Shown piece after piece: positions 17,563 to 25,038 of a DNA stretch of 25,038 nt. The notes beneath the pieces were generated by a model. The model was not told the origin of the DNA, did not search any database, and saw only the letters and a list, made by a program, of their open reading frames with translations. Both the position numbers and the translations under genes were made by a program. The stretch spans positions 1-25,038 of the forward strand of contig CAZTGY010000003.1 of assembly GCA_964613445.1 (NCBI GenBank). Reading direction: 5' to 3'. The stretch comes from an uncultured Chromatiaceae bacterium. Lineage in GTDB: Bacteria > Pseudomonadota > Gammaproteobacteria > Steroidobacterales > GCA-2729495. Numbering within the stretch: the stretch's first letter is position 1; the number at the start of each line of letters is the position of its first letter.

Positions 17563-18137
17563 AACCGCTTGAAATATTGCAGTGGGAGCGCCGCCGGAAG
17601 CTGCAGGTCCGCGAGGCTTTCCGTGCGGGCCTGGCGGCATTCGCCGCGTCGCCGGGCGACCCCGTGGCGTTCTACGGCGCCTGTGCTGACTACCTCGTGC
17701 CGGCCCAGCGCCGGCTGATCGACCAGGACATGCGCCTCGCGAACCTGATCGAAAGCCGGGTCCCGGCCAGCCAGTCGGAGGATCACGGGAAGATTGCCGC
17801 GCTGAAGGGGCGGCTCCAGGACAGTGATGTGGCGCTCCGCGCCTTCGAGGCCGGTACGCGGGACCTGCACCAGCAGGGCAGTGCGGCCCGGGCCCGCTTC
17901 GAGGCGGCCGCCGGGACGTACATAGACTTCGTGGTGAACGTGCTCGGCGCCCGCAGCCACTCACTCCGCCACCTGACTTCGACCCTGTTGAGCGAAGCAG
18001 ACTGGGGCTACATCACCGGCATGACGCCCGAGCTCATTGCGGAGGAGGGTGAGCTGTTCGAGCGGGTCCGGGCCACTGCCCCCGCCGGAATTGATCCGGC
18101 CACGATATCGACGGAGCGGCCGGCAAAGCCGGCCTGA
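17559..18137 (+). CDS. Hypothetical helical protein, hemerythrin-like pattern lacking the metal ligands
   Basis: ATGA overlap with the upstream ORF and SD-like GGAG upstream support a real CDS. The fold call is by-eye similarity only. Confidence 0.7.
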   Translation: MKPLEILQWERRRKLQVREAFRAGLAAFAASPGDPVAFYGACADYLVPAQRRLIDQDMRLANLIESRVPASQSEDHGKIAALKGRLQDSDVALRAFEAGTRDLHQQGSAARARFEAAAGTYIDFVVNVLGARSHSLRHLTSTLLSEADWGYITGMTPELIAEEGELFERVRATAPAGIDPATISTERPAKPA

Positions 18138-18157
18138 CGGGCAAGCTGGCCTGACAG

Positions 18158-18244
<87 letters not shown>

Positions 18245-18273
18245 GCGGTGGGACGGCTCAATAAGAGTGCGGC

Positions 18274-18302
18274 AATCTAATGGCAGGCTGTATGCTTGTC
18301 AA
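18274..18302 (-). promoter_or_regulatory. sigma70 promoter of tRNA-Leu with GC-rich discriminator
   Basis: On the minus strand: TTGACA (18302-18297)-N17-TAGATT (18279-18274)-GCCGCAC. Confidence 0.85.
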
Positions 18303-18331
18303 CGCAATGAATCATTCAGCATCAGTCTTTC

Positions 18332-20590
18332 ATGCGTAAGCGGCGCGGTCGCCGAGCATCACCAGCACTCTCGTCCGGGCCTGGCAATCCTTCTCCACCC
18401 TACCGGCATCCCGTCCCGGACCCGAACGCGCTGCTCGATGCGCTGAGGCAGCAGGGCGTCCCTCTCACCCTGCCGGCCCTGGCGTCGTCCCTGGGCATTG
18501 CCGGTGAGCGGCAGGTCGCCGACCTGCGCCGCCGCCTGCAGGCCCTGCGCACGGCCGGGCAGCTGCTCGTCAATCGCCGCGGCGAGTATTGCCTGAGCGA
18601 CAAGCTCGACGTGGTGCCGGGCACGGTCACCGCCCACCGGGATGGCTTCGGCTTCCTCGTGCCGGACGATGGCTCGGACGACGTCTATCTCCCGCTGCCC
18701 GAGATGCGCTCCGTGCTGGACGGCGACCGCGTGGCCGTCCGCGTTGCCGGGCGCGGCCGTGGCGGCCGGCGTGCGGGCACCGTGGTGGAGATCCTCGCGC
18801 GCAGCCGCGAGAGCCTGGTGGGCCGCTATCACCGTGACCGGGACCTGGGCTGGGTCGTGGAATCCGGCCGGTCACCCCATCGATTCATCGTCACGGACCG
18901 CGATCGCGGCGGCGCCGAGCATGGCCAGCTGGTCAAGCTCGAGATCCTCGAGTACCCGGGGCCGGAGCATGAGGCCCGGGGCAAGGTGGTCGAGGTCCTC
19001 GGCGATCCGCGCGATCCCCGGGTCCTCACCAACGCTGCCATCGAGATGTTCCACATTCCGTCCCGCTGGCCGGAGCGCACGCTCGGTGACGCCCGTCTCA
19101 TCGGGTCGGAAGTCGCCGTCGCCGACAAGCGCGGCCGCACCGACCTGCGCGACATGGCCCTGGTCACCATAGACGGCGAGGACGCCCGGGATTTCGACGA
19201 TGCCGTGTTCGCGGAGCCGCTGGCCGACGGCTGGCGCCTGGTCGTCGCCATCGCCGACGTGTCCCACTACGTCCACAGCGGTGACACCATCGATGCGGAG
19301 GCCCGCCGGCGGGGCACGTCCGTGTACTTTCCGGACCGTGTGGTGCCCATGCTGCCCGAGGAACTGTCGAACGAGCTCTGTTCGCTGAAACCGGCGGTAG
19401 ACCGGCTGTGCATGGTCTGCGACATGCGCATCGACGCCCGCGGCAACGTCAACGGCTCGACGTTCTACCGGGCCGTCATGCACTCCCGGGCGCGCCTGAC
19501 GTACAACGCCGTCGACCGGTACCAGCGGGGCGAGGCGCCTGGCGGGGTTCCGGATGCGGCGAAGCCCGTCATCGCGAACCTGTATGGAGTCTATGCCTCG
19601 CTGCGCCAGGCTCGTGAGCGGCGTGGCGCCCTCGACCTCGACCTGCCCGAGATCAAGATCCAGCTGGATGCCGCCGGTGCCATCGCCGGCGTGGTGTCAC
19701 GGCTCCGGAACGACGCTCACCGCCTGATCGAGGAATGCATGATCGCCGCCAACGTCGAGGCGGCCCGCTATCTGCGCCGGCACAAGCTCACCACGCTGTA
19801 CCGCGTCCATGCCGGGCCCGAAGGCGACAAGCTGGAGGAGCTTCGCCTGCTGTTCCAGGGCCTCGGGATTCCAATCGCGGATACCGCCGGCACCAGGCCG
19901 AAGGAGATCAACCGGGTGCTCAGGCAGATCAGCGACCGGCCCGATTTCCCGATGCTCGCGACGGCCGTGCTCCGCAGCATGAAGCAGGCGGTCTACCAGC
20001 CGGCAAACAACGGCCATTTCGGACTGGCCCTGAACTGCTACGCGCACTTCACGTCCCCGATCCGCCGCTATCCGGATCTCCTGGTGCATCGGGGCATCGG
20101 CCATCTTCTCGACGGCGGCAAGCCGGCGGCGTTTCCCGTCGACGTCGCGGCAGCCGAGCAGCTGGGCACCATCACGTCGGTCCAGGAACGGCGGGCCGAC
20201 GAGGCCACCCGCTACGTCGAGGCCCGGTGCAAATGCCTCTTCATGCAGGAGCACGTCGGCGCCACGCTGGACGGCGTGATCACGGGCGTCACGCACTTTG
20301 GCCTGTTCGTGATGCTCCGCGACGTGCTCGTTGACGGGCTGCTTCACGTCACGAGCCTGCCCAGCGACTACTACCACCTGGAGGCCGGCGGCCGCGGGCT
20401 CAAGGGCGAGCGGACCGGCCGCGCGTTCCGGCTCGGCGACGACGTGCGGGTGCGAGTCGTGCGGGTTGACCCGGACGACGCGAAGATCGACCTGATGCTC
20501 GATGGCAGCAATGACGGCCAGCCCGGTGGCCAGCGTCCGGGGCGCCAGAAGGGCCAGGGCCACCCCGGGGCGCGCCGGCGCCGGCGATAG
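18332..20590 (+). CDS. rnr: Ribonuclease R
   Basis: N-terminal HTH, GTVTAHRDGFGF, DGDRV, catalytic VTIDGEDARDFDDAV, AHRLIEECMI, HFGLAL..YAHFTSPIRRYPDL, S1 domain and basic tail; upstream of rlmB. Confidence 0.97.
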   Translation: MRKRRGRRASPALSSGPGNPSPPYRHPVPDPNALLDALRQQGVPLTLPALASSLGIAGERQVADLRRRLQALRTAGQLLVNRRGEYCLSDKLDVVPGTVTAHRDGFGFLVPDDGSDDVYLPLPEMRSVLDGDRVAVRVAGRGRGGRRAGTVVEILARSRESLVGRYHRDRDLGWVVESGRSPHRFIVTDRDRGGAEHGQLVKLEILEYPGPEHEARGKVVEVLGDPRDPRVLTNAAIEMFHIPSRWPERTLGDARLIGSEVAVADKRGRTDLRDMALVTIDGEDARDFDDAVFAEPLADGWRLVVAIADVSHYVHSGDTIDAEARRRGTSVYFPDRVVPMLPEELSNELCSLKPAVDRLCMVCDMRIDARGNVNGSTFYRAVMHSRARLTYNAVDRYQRGEAPGGVPDAAKPVIANLYGVYASLRQARERRGALDLDLPEIKIQLDAAGAIAGVVSRLRNDAHRLIEECMIAANVEAARYLRRHKLTTLYRVHAGPEGDKLEELRLLFQGLGIPIADTAGTRPKEINRVLRQISDRPDFPMLATAVLRSMKQAVYQPANNGHFGLALNCYAHFTSPIRRYPDLLVHRGIGHLLDGGKPAAFPVDVAAAEQLGTITSVQERRADEATRYVEARCKCLFMQEHVGATLDGVITGVTHFGLFVMLRDVLVDGLLHVTSLPSDYYHLEAGGRGLKGERTGRAFRLGDDVRVRVVRVDPDDAKIDLMLDGSNDGQPGGQRPGRQKGQGHPGARRRRR

Positions 20591-20598
20591 ACCTGCCC

Positions 20599-21402
20599 AT
20601 GAACCAGCGGCTGGTCTACGGGATCCACCCGGTGCGGCAGCTCCTGCTCGCGCGGCCCGAGGCCGTGGAGCGCCTGTACCTGCAGTCCGACCTGGGTGAG
20701 GAGCGCCGGGCGCGGCTCGCGGACGTCCTGCAGAAGGCTCCGCGCGTCACCAGCGTATCGGCCGACGAGCTGGAGAGGCTCACGGGGACGACCAAGCACC
20801 AGGGCGTTGCCGCCCTGGCGGCCGAGGCGGGACCGTTGTCGGAAGCCGCCGCCCGGGACCTGCTCGCCCGCGTCGACAAGCCCCTGGTGCTCGTGCTGGA
20901 CGGTGTCCAGGACCCCCGCAATTTCGGCGCGTGCCTGCGAACGGCGGATGCGGCCGGGGCCCACCTGGTCGTGGTGGCCCGGCACCGGAACGTGGATGTC
21001 ACCCCCGTCGTCAGCAAGGTGGCCGCCGGGGCGGCAGAAGCCGTGCCGATCGTGCAGGCCAGCAACCTGGTGCGCTTCCTCGAAACGCTGAAGGCCCAGG
21101 GCCTCTGGATCGTCGGCACCGACGATGCCGCCGGCACGTCCCTCTACGACGTGGACCTGACCACCGGCATTGCCCTGGTGCTCGGGGCGGAGGGGGAGGG
21201 CCTGCGGCGCCTGACGAGCGAGCGCTGTGACCACCGGGTGAGCCTGCCGATGCACGGCACGGTGAGCAGCCTGAACGTGGCCGTGGCGGCCGGCATCTGC
21301 CTGTACGAGTGCCTGCGGCAGCGTTCGGCCCGGGCTCTGGCCCCTCAACCGACCCATGGACCCGCCGGGGGCCGGTTGCCGGGGACCCGCCCCGTCCGGT
21401 AG
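20599..21402 (+). CDS. rlmB: 23S rRNA (G2251-2'-O)-methyltransferase
   Basis: YGIHPV, HQGV, LVLDGVQDPRNFGACLRTADAAG, KVAAGAAE, LVLGAEGEGLRRLT and SSLNVAVA (SPOUT) motifs. Confidence 0.97.
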   Translation: MNQRLVYGIHPVRQLLLARPEAVERLYLQSDLGEERRARLADVLQKAPRVTSVSADELERLTGTTKHQGVAALAAEAGPLSEAAARDLLARVDKPLVLVLDGVQDPRNFGACLRTADAAGAHLVVVARHRNVDVTPVVSKVAAGAAEAVPIVQASNLVRFLETLKAQGLWIVGTDDAAGTSLYDVDLTTGIALVLGAEGEGLRRLTSERCDHRVSLPMHGTVSSLNVAVAAGICLYECLRQRSARALAPQPTHGPAGGRLPGTRPVR

Positions 21403-21405
21403 CAT
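21376..21405 (+). promoter_or_regulatory. Putative rpsF operon promoter at the rlmB 3' end
   Basis: TTGCCG (21376-21381)-N18-TAGCAT (21400-21405) followed by GC-rich GCGCGTC. Confidence 0.6.
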
Positions 21406-21441
21406 GCGCGTCCCGCAGCCGGGGCTTGCCCCGCCCGCGGC

Positions 21442-21523
21442 CCTTGCCACACCAACCGGCCCGGCTCCCGGACGCCCCGTCCAGGCCTGGCAACCGGGGT
21501 GGGTGGCTGTAATCCACAAGGAG
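21442..21523 (+). promoter_or_regulatory. S6:S18-type ribosomal protein leader RNA
   Basis: CCTTG (21442-21446) pairs with CAAGG (21517-21521), overlapping the SD AAGGAG; GCCAC (21446-21450) pairs with GTGGC (21503-21507); AATCCA internal loop lies next to the SD. Confidence 0.75.
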
Positions 21524-21530
21524 TATCGAT

Positions 21531-21959
21531 ATGCGTCATTACGAGATCGTCTTTCTCGTCCATCCCGACCAGAGCGAGCAGGTCCCGGCCATGGTCGAGC
21601 GCTACCGCGCCATGATCACGACTGGCGGTGGCCAGGTTCACCGCCTCGAGGACTGGGGCCGGCGCCAGCTGGCGCACTCCATCAACAAGGTCCACAAGGC
21701 CCACTACGTCCTGATGAACGTGGAGTGCGATCAGGCCACCCTGACGGAGCTCGTTGGCGCGTTCCGCTTCAGCGACGCGGTCTTGCGGCACCTGGTCATG
21801 GGCAGGGATGACGCCGTGAGCGAACCGTCGCCGTTGGTGAAGTCCGCAGACGATGGCAGTCGCCCGATCCTCGGACGGCCTGATGACGGGGGCGATGGTC
21901 CGGCCCGGGGCCGCGGCGACGACGGCGATGCGCCGGACGCCGACAGCGCGGCCACCTAG
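21531..21959 (+). CDS. rpsF: 30S ribosomal protein S6
   Basis: [25 protein letters not shown]...[26 protein letters not shown]...FRFSDAVLR; SD AAGGAG. Confidence 0.99.
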   Translation: MRHYEIVFLVHPDQSEQVPAMVERYRAMITTGGGQVHRLEDWGRRQLAHSINKVHKAHYVLMNVECDQATLTELVGAFRFSDAVLRHLVMGRDDAVSEPSPLVKSADDGSRPILGRPDDGGDGPARGRGDDGDAPDADSAAT

Positions 21960-22009
21960 GACCGTTCAAGCCCGAATCCAGGCTTCACCGAATCGAGGAC
22001 ACACGAGTC

Positions 22010-22234
22010 ATGAGCAAGTATTTTCGCCGCCGCAAGTTCTGCAAGTTCACCGCCGAGGGCGTCAAGGAGATCGACTACAAGGATCTCGAGACGCTCCGCG
22101 CCTACGTCACCGAAACCGGCAAGATCGTGCCGAGCCGGATCACGGGGACGAAGGCCCGTTACCAGCGGCAGCTGTCGACGGCGGTCAAGCGGGCCCGCTT
22201 CCTGGCCCTGCTGCCCTACACCGACAAGCATTGA
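22010..22234 (+). CDS. rpsR: 30S ribosomal protein S18
   Basis: FRRRKFCKF...IDYKD...[31 protein letters not shown]; single Cys, so the Zn-independent type. Confidence 0.99.
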   Translation: MSKYFRRRKFCKFTAEGVKEIDYKDLETLRAYVTETGKIVPSRITGTKARYQRQLSTAVKRARFLALLPYTDKH

Positions 22235-22297
22235 GAAGCTGACGGCCCTCGGCTCCAGCAACCGGACGGCCAGGCCACTGGCGAAGGTCGGCCGCCC

Positions 22298-23197
22298 GTG
22301 AGCGCGTTTGCCCGTTGGCTGCGCGGGCACCGCCTGCCGCGCATAGCGACGGTCGTCCTCACGTTCCTGCTGCCCCTGACGAATGTCGTCAGCGCGGCGG
22401 TCGTCGTCATGACGGCCCGGGCTGCCGGCTGGCGCAGCGCCGCCCTGGACGTCGCGGTGGCGCTGCTGATCCTCGGTGCCCTCGCGATGCTCACGAACGG
22501 CGAGGGCGGCGCTCCCGCGCCCGGTCCGGCCGTGCTGGGCGCCGGGGCGCTGTGGGGCGGCGGGCTCCTGGGTGGAGTCCTGCTCCGGCGCTTCGGCTCC
22601 GTGGACCTGGCCCTGCAGTCGCTGGTGCTTGCCGCCCTGGCCGGCGTGGCCCTGGCCGGCCTGGTCATTCCGGACGCCCGGGCCCATTGGCAGCCGGTGC
22701 TGCAGGCCCTGATCCAGGCCGCGGGGCTGCCCCAGGTGGATGGCTTGCCACCGGGCTGGCTGGGAACTGTCGCGGAACTGATGCACGGCGTCATTGGTGC
22801 CAGCCTGCTGTCCACGCTGATACTCGCCCTGATGCTCGGCCTGTGGTTCGACAGGGACAGCGACGGTGGCGACTGGCGCCGGAAGTTCCTGGAATTGCGG
22901 CTGGGGCGGGTGCTGTCGCTGGCGACCGCCGTCGCGCTGGCCCTGCTCGCTGGCGGCTTCGTCAGCCTGGGCGGCGGCCTCCTGCTGGTCCTCGGTACCG
23001 GCTTTGCTGCCCAAGGGCTGGCCATCGCCCACTGGACGGCAGAGGAGTGGCGCTGGCCGCGCATCTGGCCCCTGGTGCTCTACGCGCCGCTGCTCCTCGG
23101 GGCACCGTGGGCGGGCCTGCTGCTGCTGGCGCTGGCCCTGGCGGGCCTCGTCGACAACGGGCTTGCCCTGCGCCGGCGACGGACGAATGTGGTTTAA
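22298..23197 (+). CDS. DUF2232 (YybS-like) polytopic membrane protein
   Basis: About 8-9 hydrophobic helices, LMLGLWF...WRRKFLELRL and AQGLAIAHW patterns; position between rpsR and rplI as in Pseudomonas-type operons. Confidence 0.75.
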   Translation: MSAFARWLRGHRLPRIATVVLTFLLPLTNVVSAAVVVMTARAAGWRSAALDVAVALLILGALAMLTNGEGGAPAPGPAVLGAGALWGGGLLGGVLLRRFGSVDLALQSLVLAALAGVALAGLVIPDARAHWQPVLQALIQAAGLPQVDGLPPGWLGTVAELMHGVIGASLLSTLILALMLGLWFDRDSDGGDWRRKFLELRLGRVLSLATAVALALLAGGFVSLGGGLLLVLGTGFAAQGLAIAHWTAEEWRWPRIWPLVLYAPLLLGAPWAGLLLLALALAGLVDNGLALRRRRTNVV

Positions 23198-23267
23198 TAC
23201 GCGGCCCTGTCCGCGGGTCGGCGGGGCGCCAGCCTTCAATTAAAGACGCAACCCAGAGATCGTAACC

Positions 23268-23735
23268 ATGGACGTGATTCTCCTCGAAAAGGTCGAAAAC
23301 CTCGGCAACATCGGCGACCGTGTCAAGGTCCGCTCGGGCTATGGCCGCAACTTCCTGCTCCCCCGTGGCAAGGCCACGCTGGCGACGCCGGCCAACGTCG
23401 CCGTGTTCGAGGCACGTCGCGCCGAATTCGAGAAGAAGGAGGCGGCCGAGCTCGAGGCTGCCCGGCAGCGGGCTGCCAGTGCCAGCAAGCTGAACCTGCG
23501 CCTGTCCGCCAAGGCGGGCACCGAGGGCAAGCTGTTCGGTTCGCTGGGCACTGCTGACATCGCTGAGGCCTGCACGGCTGCCGGCGTTCCAGTGAAGCGC
23601 AGCGAGATCCGGCTGCCGGACGGCCCGATTCGCACCCTCGGCGAGCATTCGATCGAACTCCACCTGCACAGTGACGTAAACGCCGTCATCAGGATCATGG
23701 TGGTGGGCGAGGACGACGGCGGCCAGGCCGCATAG
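23268..23735 (+). CDS. rplI: 50S ribosomal protein L9
   Basis: MDVILLEKVENLGNIGD.VKVRSGYGRNFLLP.GKA..AT, GKLFGS and PIRTLGEH...LHSDV motifs. Confidence 0.99.
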   Translation: MDVILLEKVENLGNIGDRVKVRSGYGRNFLLPRGKATLATPANVAVFEARRAEFEKKEAAELEAARQRAASASKLNLRLSAKAGTEGKLFGSLGTADIAEACTAAGVPVKRSEIRLPDGPIRTLGEHSIELHLHSDVNAVIRIMVVGEDDGGQAA

Positions 23736-23758
23736 GCCCGACCAGGAGCAGTCTGGCC

Positions 23759-25038
23759 ATGGCAATCCCCGGGCCGCGACGCGACGCCGGGTCGCTTGCC
23801 GACGTGCCCGCGCCGCCAAGTTCCAACCAGGCCGAGCAGGCCCTGCTTGGCGGCCTGATGCTCGACAACAGCAGCTGGGACCGCATCGCAGACCTGGTTG
23901 CGGCGCCGGACTTCTTCCGTCCCGACCATCGCCTGATCTTCAGCGCCATCGAGGGCCTGGCCGAACGCTCCCAGCCCGCTGATCCCGTCACCCTCGGCGA
24001 GTACCTCGCCTCCCGGGGCGAGCTCGCGGACGCGGGCGGCGCCGCCTATCTGGGCGACCTGGTCACTGATACGCCCAGCGCAGCCAATGTCACCTACTAC
24101 GCGCGCATCATCCGCGAGCGGGCCCTCCTGCGCCGGCTCATCGAGGTTGGCAACGACATCGCCTCATCGGCCTATCGGCCCGAGGGGCGGCCGATCGCCG
24201 AGCTGGTCGACGAAGCTGAACGCCGCGTGTTCGAGATCGCCGAGCGGGGCCAGCGCCGCGGCTCCGGTTTCATCCGGCTCAACGAGGTTCTGAAGTCCAC
24301 CATCGATCGCCTCGATTCCCTGCACCAGTCGCAGGGGGCGCTCACCGGCCTGCCGACCGGTTTCACGCGACTCGACGAGTACACCTCGGGTCTGCAGGGC
24401 GGCGACCTCATCATCATTGCGGGCCGCCCGTCGATGGGCAAGACCACGCTCGCGTTGAACATTGCGGAGAACGCCGCGCTGGGCGCGGGCAAGTCCGCCG
24501 CCGTGTTCAGCATGGAGATGTCCGTCGAGCAACTGGCCTTCCGCATGGTCGCGTCCCTTGGGCGCGTCGACCAGTCGCACCTGCGTAACGGGCGCTTCGG
24601 CGACGATGACTGGCCGCGGATTCATGGCGCCATCCAGCAGATGGCCGAGGCCCCGATCTACATCGACGACACGCCATCCATGACGCCGACCGAGGTCCGT
24701 GCGCGGGCGCGCCGCCTGCAGCGCGAGCGCGGCCTGGACCTGATCGTCGTTGACTACCTGCAGCTGATGCGGGTGGCCGGCACGGCGGAGAACCGGGCCA
24801 CCGAGATCTCCGAGATCTCGCGGTCGCTGAAGGGCCTGGCGCGGGAACTGCGCGTGCCGGTGATCGCGCTGTCCCAGCTCAATCGCAGCGTCGAGGCACG
24901 CACCGACAAGAAGCCCGTGATGTCGGATCTCCGCGAGTCCGGCGCCATCGAGCAGGATGCCGACCTCATCCTGTTCATCTACCGCGACGAGGTCTACAAC
25001 CACGACAGCCCGCGGAAGGGCATCGCCGACATCAACGT
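23759..25038 (+). CDS. dnaB: Replicative DNA helicase (3'-truncated; absent from the ORF track because there is no stop in the window)
   Basis: My translation from ATG 23759 (SD CAGGAG upstream): AEQALLGGLMLDN, TPSAAN, GLPTGF..LD, AGRPSMGKT, FSMEM, IYIDDTP, VVDYLQLM, EISEISRSLKGLAREL.VPVIALSQLNR, SDLRESGAIEQDAD, FIYRDEVY. Confidence 0.99.
   Translation, partial: MAIPGPRRDAGSLADVPAPPSSNQAEQALLGGLMLDNSSWDRIADLVAAPDFFRPDHRLIFSAIEGLAERSQPADPVTLGEYLASRGELADAGGAAYLGDLVTDTPSAANVTYYARIIRERALLRRLIEVGNDIASSAYRPEGRPIAELVDEAERRVFEIAERGQRRGSGFIRLNEVLKSTIDRLDSLHQSQGALTGLPTGFTRLDEYTSGLQGGDLIIIAGRPSMGKTTLALNIAENAALGAGKSAAVFSMEMSVEQLAFRMVASLGRVDQSHLRNGRFGDDDWPRIHGAIQQMAEAPIYIDDTPSMTPTEVRARARRLQRERGLDLIVVDYLQLMRVAGTAENRATEISEISRSLKGLARELRVPVIALSQLNRSVEARTDKKPVMSDLRESGAIEQDADLILFIYRDEVYNHDSPRKGIADIN

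Noticed and set aside
21510-21518. TAATCCACA, one mismatch from the DnaA box TTATCCACA, upstream of an operon ending in dnaB
   Set aside because: A single imperfect copy that is already explained as the AATCCA/CAAGG part of the S6:S18 leader.
23759-25038. Intein in DnaB
   Set aside because: The translation is colinear with ordinary DnaB through the Walker A, Walker B and SQLNR regions up to the window end.

Overview
A roughly 70% GC housekeeping region with a gammaproteobacterial gene order (lineage inferred from synteny). Order: pcnB (5'-truncated)-folK-deoxynucleoside kinase-panB-panC, then queG on the minus strand, then divergently nnr-tsaE-amidase(amiB-type)-mutL-miaA-hfq-hflX-hflK-hflC-DUF2065-purA. 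Two uncharacterised coupled ORFs follow (a DUF6279-like lipoprotein and a 192-aa protein that reads like a hemerythrin domain without its iron ligands), then tRNA-Leu(CAG) on the minus strand, rnr-rlmB, and rpsF-rpsR-DUF2232-like-rplI-dnaB (3'-truncated). I found no mobile element, CRISPR array, defence island or intein, and I cannot support a complete new multi-gene system here. The best leads are: (i) the lipoprotein plus pseudo-hemerythrin pair between purA and tRNA-Leu, (ii) apparent leaderless starts for nnr and mutL, (iii) an overlapping bidirectional -10 element between queG and nnr, (iv) an S6:S18-type autoregulatory leader before rpsF, and (v) a probable tag/pcnB chimeric junction in the first ~53 nt. 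All family calls come from motif recall, not from database searches.
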